Of a stretch of DNA of 64,000 nt, positions 9,935 through 18,573 are shown one piece after another. Origin of the DNA: an uncultured Acidimicrobiaceae bacterium (GTDB lineage Bacteria; Actinomycetota; Acidimicrobiia; Acidimicrobiales; RAAP-2); contig CAVZDZ010000005.1 of assembly GCA_963774245.1 (NCBI GenBank), forward strand, positions 343,480 to 407,479, given 5' to 3'. Numbering within the stretch: the stretch's first letter is position 1; each line of letters begins with the position of its first letter. The position numbers and the translations under genes are program-made. The notes beneath the pieces are model-generated. The model saw only the letters and a list, made by a program, of their open reading frames with translations, made no database searches and was not told the origin of the DNA.

Positions 9935-11995
9935 ATGGGCGCTGATCGGGGAGGGGCGACGACGCGGCCCCCTTTTGGTTCCGAGCCCGGTGAAGTCCAC
10001 GCTCACCGTCTGCGCCCGGTGCTCGTCGCCGCGGCGCTCTATCTGGTGGCCTCCATCGTGGTGTGGTGGGAGGTGTGGTCGGGTCATCCGACCTCCAGTA
10101 CCGGTTGCGGGTGCGGCGACAGCTCCCTGTTCACCTGGTTCCTGGCCTGGCCCGCTTACGCCATCACCCATGGGGCGAACCCCTTCTTTTCGACCCGTCT
10201 GTTCCATCCGGAGGGCGTCAACCTCCTGGCCAACACCAGCCAGCTGGCCATCGGCGTCACGCTGGTCCCGGTCACCTGGATCTTCGGGCCCATCGCATCG
10301 CTCAACGTGGCCCTCACGCTGAGCCCGGCGTTGTCGGCGCTGGCCATGTTCGTGCTCCTCCGCCGCTGGGTGCACTGGCAGCCGGCCGCGTTCGTCGGGG
10401 GTCTGCTCTACGGCTTCTCCCCGCTGGCCCTGGCCAACATCGCCGATGCCCATCTGATGATCGGGATGGTGCCGGTGCCCCCGCTGGTCGTCCTCTGCCT
10501 TGACGAGCTGTTGATCCGCCAACGACGTCGACCGGTGCCAGTCGGTATCGGGCTCGGTCTGCTGATCACGTTGCAGTTCTTCCTCAGCACCGAATTCCTG
10601 TTGATGACCGTCGTCGCCGGCGTCATCGGGGTGGTGCTCATCGTCGGCTACGCCCTTCTCCGTCACCCCGACGCCGTCCGTCGCCACTTCAGGTTCGCCG
10701 TCGTCGGCCTCGGGGCCGGAGTGGTCACCGCGGGAGTGCTGCTCGCCTACCCGGCGTGGTTCGCGGTGGCCGGACCGGCCCACTTCACCGGGACGGTGTG
10801 GGCCGGCTTCGACCTCCGGACGGGGGGGACGACGCTGGGCCATTTCTTCGTGCCGCAGTCGACGGCCGCAGCCCGCAGCTCCCTCGGGCCCTTCGCCTTC
10901 TCGCTCAGTGCCCGGACCGGTGGCTACCGCGGGGCCATCCTCTCCCCTCAGTACTTCGGCTTCGGTGTGTTGGTGGTCGTGGCCGCCGGATTGGTCGCCT
11001 GGTGGCGGGACCTTCGCCTGTGGCTGTTCGGTGGCGTGGCGGTGGCTTCGGTCGTCCTGTCCCTGGGCGCACCGAGGGGAAGCCTTTCGGTGTGGGGGAT
11101 CCTGGCCGGGCTGCCCCAGTTCGAAAACGTCGTGCCCAGCAGGTTCGTGCTCATCACCTACCTGGCCGTGGCCGTGCTGCTGGGGCTGATCGTGGACCAC
11201 ACCCACGAGTGGGTGTGTGCCCGACTGGCCGTCGGCCAGGACGGTGCCGCCCAGGGTGGCTCGGGGTCCGGGGCCTGGTACGGGGCGCTGGCCGGAATGG
11301 CAGTGGCGGCCGTCGCGCTGGTGCCGGTCGGTCTCTACGTGGGACAGAACCTGCCCATCGCCACCCAGGCGGTGGTGGCGCCGTCATGGTTCCGGAAGGT
11401 CGCTCCCCGTCTGCCCCCTCATCAGGTGCTCCTCGTGTTCCCGGCCCCGTTCTCCACCATGCAGAGCGGGATGAGCTGGCAGGCCCAGAATCGGATGCGC
11501 TACTCGATGGTCGGAGGCGGAGGGCCCGGCGCCCTCTTCGTGCAGTCCCCGTCCCAACGGCCCGGAGCGGCGGTCATTTCCGCCACCTCCTTCTCCTTCG
11601 GCCAGGGACTCACCATCACCCCCGAGAAGGTGGCCGCCGTCCGCCGGGCGCTGGACAGCTGGGGGGTCACCATGGTGGTCATCCCCGACCAACCCGAGCT
11701 CCCCGTCTACGACCAGATCCCGTCGGTCCCGTTCGCCGCCGCGCTCATCGCCGCGGCCACCGGGCAACAACCGACCTTGCAGGACCACGCTTGGGTATGG
11801 ACGGGGGTCGATCACGCCGGCCCACCGGCGCCCATCACCACGAGCCGGTTCTCCCTCTGCACCGTCGGCCTGGCCACTCACGGAACGACTGCCGTGGACC
11901 GGGCCACCAGATGCGTGCTGGCACCGACCGCGGCAACCGTCCCGACCGCATCCGATCCAGCCATGCCGACGGCCACGAGCGCAGCCGGCCCATGA
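9935..11995 (+). CDS. 'CGCGD-loop' polytopic membrane protein, paralogue D
   Basis: Intact ORF (track 9878..11995). I prefer ATG 9935 because 9878-9883 still lies in the ACAD relic. Motifs: LVASIVVWWEVWSGHPTSSTGCGCGDSSLFTWFLAWPAYAITHGANPFFS, GVNLLANT, LLRRWVHWQPAAFVGGLLYGFSP, LDELLIRQRRRP. C-terminal WGVTMVVIPDQPELPVYDQ. Confidence 0.8.
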   Translation: MGADRGGATTRPPFGSEPGEVHAHRLRPVLVAAALYLVASIVVWWEVWSGHPTSSTGCGCGDSSLFTWFLAWPAYAITHGANPFFSTRLFHPEGVNLLANTSQLAIGVTLVPVTWIFGPIASLNVALTLSPALSALAMFVLLRRWVHWQPAAFVGGLLYGFSPLALANIADAHLMIGMVPVPPLVVLCLDELLIRQRRRPVPVGIGLGLLITLQFFLSTEFLLMTVVAGVIGVVLIVGYALLRHPDAVRRHFRFAVVGLGAGVVTAGVLLAYPAWFAVAGPAHFTGTVWAGFDLRTGGTTLGHFFVPQSTAAARSSLGPFAFSLSARTGGYRGAILSPQYFGFGVLVVVAAGLVAWWRDLRLWLFGGVAVASVVLSLGAPRGSLSVWGILAGLPQFENVVPSRFVLITYLAVAVLLGLIVDHTHEWVCARLAVGQDGAAQGGSGSGAWYGALAGMAVAAVALVPVGLYVGQNLPIATQAVVAPSWFRKVAPRLPPHQVLLVFPAPFSTMQSGMSWQAQNRMRYSMVGGGGPGALFVQSPSQRPGAAVISATSFSFGQGLTITPEKVAAVRRALDSWGVTMVVIPDQPELPVYDQIPSVPFAAALIAAATGQQPTLQDHAWVWTGVDHAGPPAPITTSRFSLCTVGLATHGTTAVDRATRCVLAPTAATVPTASDPAMPTATSAAGP

Positions 11996-12010
11996 GGCCG
12001 ACCGCCGCGG

Positions 12011-13249
12011 TCATCCGGTCGAGGCGGAGGCCGGCTTCGGCTCCTTCGGCAGGCCGAGCACCCGCTCGCCGACGATATTGCGCTGGATCTCCGCCGTCCC
12101 TCCCCAGATGGTCTCCGACCGCGAGAAGAAGAAGGATGCCTGCAGGTCGCTGACCGGATAGTCATCCCGTCCCCGACGCAGGCGGACGTCCACCGAGTCG
12201 TCGTAGGCGCCGGTCAGGATCTGCCCCTCCATGCCCAGGATGTCGATGGCGAGCTCCATCACGTCCTGGTGGTACTCCGACCAGAACATCTTGTTGCAGG
12301 CCCCGAGGGCGGCCATGTGGTGGGTGCCGTTGAGGGCGTCGGTGAGCGATCGATAGCCGTTGATCTCCATGATCTTGACCTTGGTCCACGCGGTGGCCAG
12401 GTGTTGGCGGATCAGTGGGTCGGATGCTTTGCCGTTCCCCTCCGCTTCGGCGATGATCTGGTCGAGCTCACGCTGGAAGCGTCGATGGCCGGTGGTGGCC
12501 GACGAGCCCCGTTCGAAGCCCAGGGTGGTCATCGCCACTTTCCATCCGTTGTTCTCACCCCCGACGACGTTGGCCCGCGGGCAACGGGCGTTGGTGAAGA
12601 ACACTTCGTTGAAATCGGCACTTCCGTCGACCTGCTCGATGGGACGGACCTCGATGCCGTCCTGCTTCATGGGCACGAGCAGATAGGAGATGCCGGCGTG
12701 CTTGTCGACGTCCGGATCGGTGCGGGCGAGCAGGAAGATGTAGTCGGCGAACTGGGCCTGGGTGGTCCACACCTTCTGGCCGTTGATCACCCATTCGTCG
12801 CCGTCCAGCTCGGCGCGGGTCTTGAGCGAAGCGAGGTCGCTCCCGGCGTCGGGCTCCGAGAACCCCTGGCACCACGAGATGGAGCCGTTGAGGATGCCGG
12901 GGATGAATTGCTGCTTCTGCTCCTCGCTGGCCCACTGCAGAATGGTGGGACCGACCAGGGTGTCCCCGAAGAAATCGGCCCTCAGGGGAGCCTCGGCCCG
13001 GGCGAACTCCTCGTTGAGGACCACCGACTCCATCAGGGACAGGCCCTTGCCCCCGTACTCCTTGGGCCACGACGCGCAGATCCATCCACCGGCGAAGAGC
13101 TTCTTGTTCCACTCCCGATTGAACGTCTTCTTCTCTTCCGGGGTCATGGAGAACCCCGGCGTGCCCCAGCCGTCGGGGAGGTTGTCGGTGAGCCACTGTC
13201 GGATCTCGGCCCGAAACGGCTCGGTCTCTACGGGGTAGTTCAGATCCAT
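12011..13249 (-). CDS. Acyl-CoA dehydrogenase family protein
   Basis: Intact ORF 12011..13336. The likely start is the internal ATG 13249 (MDLNYPVETEPFRAEIRQWL). Motifs: [79 protein letters not shown]. Confidence 0.85.
   Translation of the reverse strand: MDLNYPVETEPFRAEIRQWLTDNLPDGWGTPGFSMTPEEKKTFNREWNKKLFAGGWICASWPKEYGGKGLSLMESVVLNEEFARAEAPLRADFFGDTLVGPTILQWASEEQKQQFIPGILNGSISWCQGFSEPDAGSDLASLKTRAELDGDEWVINGQKVWTTQAQFADYIFLLARTDPDVDKHAGISYLLVPMKQDGIEVRPIEQVDGSADFNEVFFTNARCPRANVVGGENNGWKVAMTTLGFERGSSATTGHRRFQRELDQIIAEAEGNGKASDPLIRQHLATAWTKVKIMEINGYRSLTDALNGTHHMAALGACNKMFWSEYHQDVMELAIDILGMEGQILTGAYDDSVDVRLRRGRDDYPVSDLQASFFFSRSETIWGGTAEIQRNIVGERVLGLPKEPKPASASTG
12031..12365. repeat. Copy 2 of the ~335-bp direct repeat (inside the intact acyl-CoA dehydrogenase gene)
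   Basis: See 9551..9883. Confidence 0.85.
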
Positions 13250-13455
13250 GGGTCGACAATATCCCTGCTGGGCGCATGGCGTTATCGGCACGTCGGTCGG
13301 CCAGGTCGCGGCCCACGCCTTCCTGAGCGAGACCACGCTGCCGAGGGTCTGTCTTCAACGAGAAGCCATTGGGGGTGCGACAGACCCATAGCTGATATAA
13401 GTTCTGGCATCATCCGAGCTTTGGCGGTTATCGGACGCTCTGGCGGCCTCCCTAC

Positions 13456-15276
13456 ATGAGAGCGGCCGTGACGCAACACGCCGATACTCCAGCAGTCCGA
13501 GGTACTGCCCGCTCCTATGGTCGATGGGGTCCTGGCGGGCTCAGTTGCGCTCTTTACGCTGCTCTGGCGATGCTCTTCTTCAGCCATTTCAGCGAATTGG
13601 GGCCGGGCCACATCTCAGGGGATGGGTCGATTGATGCAATCGTGCAGATCTGGTGGCTCGAATGGATGGCATTTGCCTTGCCCCATGGTCTTAACGTCTT
13701 CTCGACTCAGTGGCTCAACTATCCGGCCGGTGCGAACTTCGGAGTCGTTGGAGGGTCGTCACTCTCCCTCGGTTTATTGCTGCTGCCGATCACAAAGATC
13801 TTTGGTCCGGCTGTCGCCTGGAACATTGCAGTCCGCCTCGCTCTCGTGGCGTCAGCCACCTCGATGTGTCTCGTGTTGCGCAGATGGACCACGTGGTGGC
13901 CGGCAGCCTTTCTAGGTGGTCTGCTCTACGGCTTTTCTGCCTATACCTTCTACAACGGTGGCAACGGCGCCTATCTATTTCTGATATTCGTACCGTTGCC
14001 TCCGCTGATCTTTCTCATCCTCCACGAGATCTTGGTGCGCCAACAGTGGCGTCCCCAGGCAGCTGGAACTCTCCTGGCCGCAGTCTGCGCAGTCCAGTTC
14101 TTCATCTCCACCGAGGTGCTCGCCAGCACTGTGGTGATGGGGGTCATCGCCACCGCTATCTACCTCCTGATCAAGCGGCGTGAGTTTTCTGAGCGGAGGA
14201 CCTATGCGGCAACGGCGTTCGTCTACGGGCTGGGCGGAGCGTGTCTCCTGCTCGCATATCCGGCATGGATGACGTTTGCTGGTCCCCAGCATCTCAACGG
14301 ACCGCCGTTCTCACCGGCGCAGCTGGCCTTGCTCCCTAGCGATCTGTACGGCGCAGTCACCTCAAACGGGGAGTGGCTGAGCAAGTCGACCATGACCAGT
14401 CCGGTTTACTTCTACCCCGTCTCGCAGGCCGAATCGGCCCAGATGTACCTCGGCCTTCCCCTCCTCGTGGTGCTCGCTGGTTTTGTCGTCTTCTTTCGCA
14501 AACAGCGGGTGATCCTCTTTGCCGGAGGCATGGCAGTCATCGCCTATGTACTCTCGTTGGGCTCACCTCTGTGGGTAAACGGTCGCCGGACGTCGATCGT
14601 CCTTCCTTTCGCTGCTTTCCAACACATCCCGGTTCTCGATGGGTTTATCGCCGCGCGGTTTGCCCTGTTCACCATCCTGTTCGGGGCGGCAATATTTGCG
14701 ATAGGTGTCAATGAGCTGTGGGTGCGCCTGGCGTCCCGATGGGACAAATATCTGGCCCTGTTCTGTGTATGCGTCCTAGCCGTTGTCGTGGTCACCCCGC
14801 TGATACCGGCACATGTATTTCCGTCGACTCCTGTGAATACCCCTTCGGTCTTTACCTCCGATCTCATTCCACCTGGAAGTGTGGTGCTGGCTTACCCGTA
14901 CCCGGATCTGAGTCAACAGATCATGCTCGACCAGGCCATCGGTGGGATGCGGTTCAAATTGATCGGGGGTTACGGCAGCTTCCCGTCACCAACCGGACGG
15001 TTCGGTACCACTCGACCTGCTGCCCTCAGACCTCGTTCGGTGCAGGCACTGTTTGATGCGGCATTCTCAGGCCGCCCTCCACCGGCTGGGGATCTGATTC
15101 CTGCCATTCGATCATTCCTGCTCCGATATGGCGTTCAAGCAGTGATCGTTGTCTCAGCGGGCCACAACCCTGGTTTGGTTATCGATCGGCTCACTGCGGC
15201 GATCGGACCCCCTATTCATGTCGGGGCGACCACCGTCTGGCTGCATGTGCAGCATCATCTCGAATCGTCCAGATGA
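13456..15276 (+). CDS. Divergent member of the 'CGCGD-loop' membrane protein family, paralogue E (Cys pair absent)
   Basis: Intact 606-aa ORF. HISGDGSIDAIVQIWWLEWMAFALPHGLNVFST aligns with ..TTTCGCGDSSLFTWFLEWPAYAMTHGLNPLFST. Also VLRRWTTWWPAAFLGGLLYGFSAY, LHEILVRQQWRP, QFFISTEVL. Lower G+C and A/T-ending codons (tta, ttt, ata) that are rare in B-D. Confidence 0.75.
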   Translation: MRAAVTQHADTPAVRGTARSYGRWGPGGLSCALYAALAMLFFSHFSELGPGHISGDGSIDAIVQIWWLEWMAFALPHGLNVFSTQWLNYPAGANFGVVGGSSLSLGLLLLPITKIFGPAVAWNIAVRLALVASATSMCLVLRRWTTWWPAAFLGGLLYGFSAYTFYNGGNGAYLFLIFVPLPPLIFLILHEILVRQQWRPQAAGTLLAAVCAVQFFISTEVLASTVVMGVIATAIYLLIKRREFSERRTYAATAFVYGLGGACLLLAYPAWMTFAGPQHLNGPPFSPAQLALLPSDLYGAVTSNGEWLSKSTMTSPVYFYPVSQAESAQMYLGLPLLVVLAGFVVFFRKQRVILFAGGMAVIAYVLSLGSPLWVNGRRTSIVLPFAAFQHIPVLDGFIAARFALFTILFGAAIFAIGVNELWVRLASRWDKYLALFCVCVLAVVVVTPLIPAHVFPSTPVNTPSVFTSDLIPPGSVVLAYPYPDLSQQIMLDQAIGGMRFKLIGGYGSFPSPTGRFGTTRPAALRPRSVQALFDAAFSGRPPPAGDLIPAIRSFLLRYGVQAVIVVSAGHNPGLVIDRLTAAIGPPIHVGATTVWLHVQHHLESSR

Positions 15277-15394
15277 GAACACAGCACGAAAGTCCACGTC
15301 AGCAGCCTCTGGGTCCTTCGGTGGGGCCCAGGAGAGCACATTGGAGATCCTTGATGCCACCGACGAAACCAGGGGAACCGACCGGCTCCGCCGG

Positions 15395-17094
15395 TCAGCC
15401 ACCGCCCAACTGGACGGCTTTGACGATCAGGAGGATGGCGCTGATAGCCAGATAGAGACGGAGCGAGAGCATGCCGACCCGGAGCCCAGGGGACCACTTG
15501 ACCGGCTTGAGTAGGGCAAGGGGGGGCATCCGCCATGAGAGTTTCTCGATCTGGCCCATCTGGGGGGCCGGAGCCGTGGCGGGCGGACCGCCTCGCCGGG
15601 CCAGAACACGCAGCACGATCGTCACGATGATGCCCCCGGCGGCGAAGGCCACGGCAAGGTCAACGAACACGCTGGTGATGTTGATGTGGGGAAACAGGGT
15701 GCTGGCCATGAGGGTGCCCGAGAGGATGAGTAGGACGCTGATGATGATGGAGGCGACCAGATTGAGCCACTTCGGGTTGACCCACGGGCCGAGCACTTCT
15801 CGATCGTTGCACAGCAGGAGAAGGAAGACGGCGGCGGAGGGAAGCAGCAGGCCGGCGAGGGCCTGGACACTGGTGGTGATCAGTCCCAGGGGGGCGTGAG
15901 GAATCAGCACGATGGCAGCGGCGGCCACCACCATGGCGATATAGCTCAGATAGAACTGCTTGGCCTCTTTGAATCCCCGGTGCAGGGAATGACGAATGCC
16001 GAACATGTCGCCGAAGGCGTAGCTGGTGGACAGGGTGACCGCGGCGGCGCCCAGGATGCTGGCGTCGAAGAGGAGGATGGCGAACAGCGCGCCGAGCACA
16101 TGGCTGTGATCGGCGAGCAGGTGGGCGACGCCGGCAGCGTTGGTGAAGTGGCCGAAGGCATTGGTACCTGTAGCGGCGTAGTTGGCGGCCACCATGATGC
16201 AGGTGGCGCCTATCACCACCACGATCGATCCCACGACAGTGTCGACTCGTTCATAGCTGATGAATCTCGGGGTGATGCGTTTGTCGACGATGTTCGACTG
16301 CTGGAAGAACAGCTGCCAGGGGGCGACGGTGGTGCCGACGATGGCGATGATCAGCAGCACGGCGGCCGATGAGGCGCCGCCGCTGATGCCCGGCACCACG
16401 AAATCGTGGCCGATGGTCCCCCATTGCGGATGGGACAGGAAGAGCATCGGTATCTGCACCAGGCTGATGGCGATGAAGATGAACATGGCTCGCTCCCATC
16501 GCTGAAAGCTCCCTGAGGCCATGATCGCCACCAACGCCACCGCCGCGGTGGGAACGGCGATGTAGGGGGAGATGCCGGCGTAGGAGGAGGCCAGGGAGAT
16601 ACCGATGAACTCGGTGACGATGGTCAGGAAGTTGAGGATGAAGAGGTCACCGACGCTGAACCAGCCCCACCCCCGTCCAAACCGTTCATTGATGAGCCGG
16701 GCATGGCCCACGCCGGTGACGGCACCGAGACGTACGACCATCTCCTGGTTCACGACCAGGACCGGGATGAGCAACAAGAGGACCCACAACAGGCTGGTGT
16801 GGTAGTTCTGGCCGGCCTGGGCGTAGGTGGAGACGCCCCCGCGTCGTTGTCGCCCACCATGACAATAAGGCCAGGTCCAGCGATGGCCGCGAAGGTGAGC
16901 AGACGACGCCGCCAACTATGTCGTTCGCCAATATCGCCGACCGCGACTCGGCCGAACGCTCCCTCGATGTCACCCAGATGGGCTGAGTCGAGAACGGCAG
17001 TGGCGGGGCTCTGGAGCTGGGGGCCAGGAGTGCGGTCGGGACGTGGCGGATCAGCCGCCCCGGGGGCACCCGTGGCGGCTGGACGGTCCGTCAT
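15395..17094 (-). CDS. mntH: NRAMP-family divalent metal:proton transporter; one frame change (~16840, in a G run) as assembled
   Basis: ORF 16750..17094 supplies LLTFAAIAGPGLIVMVGDNDAG. ORF 15395..16915 continues VSTYAQAGQNYHTSLLWVLLLLIPVLVVNQEMVVRLGAVTG..TVAPWQLFFQQSNIVDK. These are typical NRAMP blocks. About 11 hydrophobic segments. Confidence 0.85.
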
Positions 17095-17097
17095 GGC

Positions 17098-18405
17098 TTA
17101 CCCTTGGTGCTCGGTATGTTTGATGGACGGGCCGACAGGTTCCGGATCGACGTGGGCCGGCTCGGGGTGGGCCGGAGGTTCTCGTCGACGCCAGTCGTCG
17201 GGGATTGTCGCCTCCAGGATGTCGTCGACGGTGATGACGCCGAGGAGCTGGTCGTCGACATCGACGACCGGGACGGTCATGAGGTTGTAGTCGGCCATGA
17301 GCAGCGCCACGTCGACGACATCGGTGGTGACCGCCACCCGCACCGGGTCACCATCGACGATGTCGGCCAAGTGCGCTTCGGGGTCGGCCTGGAGTAGTCC
17401 GATGACGCTGACCGTGCCGACCAGCCGGCTGGCCCCGTCGATGGCGTGGAGCGTGATCAGGGCCTCGGGCTGAATGCTCTCAGCTTGGCGGATCCGGCGG
17501 ATTGCCTCCTCGACGATGACATCGGCGGGAACCGTGAGGAAGTCGACCCCCATGATCCCCCCGGCGCTGGTGGCATTGAAACCGAGGAGCGTCAGTACCT
17601 TGGTACGGGTGCCCAGCGGGAGGAGGTCGAGGACCTTCTGTCGGCGGCCCTGGGGTAGCTCGGCGACAGCGTCAGCGGCATCGTCGGCTCGCATGTGGGC
17701 GAGAACGTCAGCCACCTCGAGATCCGACTTGTCCCCGAACAGCCGGGTGGCGAGGTCGGGGTCCAGCTCCTCGAACACGTCGGCCTCCAGTTCGGGGTCG
17801 GCGTGGACCAGATCGAGGATCTCTTCGCCTTCGGTGCGCGTCGCATCCTCCAAGAGGTCGGCGATCTGGGCGGGCTTGAGGCGACCGACCCGACGACCGA
17901 ACCCAGCCCGGGCCCGGACACTTGCGGCGTGGCCGATGAGCGGCTCAAAGGCCTTCCAGTCCTGACACGGGTGCCCGGCGGTCGACCGGATCAAACCGAA
18001 GAGTCGGGCCGGGCGCCGGGTGTCCAGACACGACAGGACCCACCCCTCCTCATTGGCCTGCAGCTCGATGTCCCAGGCCCGCACCAGCTCGGCGTCGGCC
18101 ACATCGATGAGCCGGTGGCGCAGGATGTCCTCCCGCAGGAGCACCTCCCCGTCGCGGCGTTCGAATCCCCGCAGGTCGACCTTGGCCTTGGCCAGGATGA
18201 TTCGCTGTTCGCTGAGCTCAGCGACCCGCTCGATGGGCACGAACACCGGGCGGCCTCCGACCTTGGCCACCAGTCCGGTGATCACCGGATAGTCCCCACC
18301 GCGCAAGCGGACGATGACGTCGTCGACCTTGCCCACACCCTCGCCCGTCGGCGACAGCAGCTGGTGGCCCAACAGCCCGGACAGATGCATGTTGGCAGCG
18401 TACAT
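17098..18405 (-). CDS. Soluble PRC-barrel / MgtE_N-like / tandem CBS domain protein (no membrane domain)
   Basis: Intact 435-aa ORF. PRC-like region: LLGHQLLSPTGEGVGKVDDVIV. MgtE N-domain-like acidic helices: LLEDATRTEGEEILDLVHADPELEADVFEELDPDLATRLF..DAADAVAELP. Two CBS motifs: FLTVPADVIVEEAIRRIR and NLMTVPVVDVDDQLLGVITVDDIL. Its stop lies 3 nt before the NRAMP start. Confidence 0.75.
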   Translation of the reverse strand: MYAANMHLSGLLGHQLLSPTGEGVGKVDDVIVRLRGGDYPVITGLVAKVGGRPVFVPIERVAELSEQRIILAKAKVDLRGFERRDGEVLLREDILRHRLIDVADAELVRAWDIELQANEEGWVLSCLDTRRPARLFGLIRSTAGHPCQDWKAFEPLIGHAASVRARAGFGRRVGRLKPAQIADLLEDATRTEGEEILDLVHADPELEADVFEELDPDLATRLFGDKSDLEVADVLAHMRADDAADAVAELPQGRRQKVLDLLPLGTRTKVLTLLGFNATSAGGIMGVDFLTVPADVIVEEAIRRIRQAESIQPEALITLHAIDGASRLVGTVSVIGLLQADPEAHLADIVDGDPVRVAVTTDVVDVALLMADYNLMTVPVVDVDDQLLGVITVDDILEATIPDDWRRREPPAHPEPAHVDPEPVGPSIKHTEHQG

Positions 18406-18573
18406 GAGCCCGGATCGTTCCCACAGAAAGCGGAGGTCCCTCTTGAGGCAACGAATCGAGCGGTGTGGATCGGGTTGGCGGTCGGGGGATTCCCCCCGTT
18501 CCTTGTGGTGGTATCAGTCCTGGGTTGGATCGGAGTGCCGTTGTGACCTGAACCGGGGTGACAACCCGGTCGG

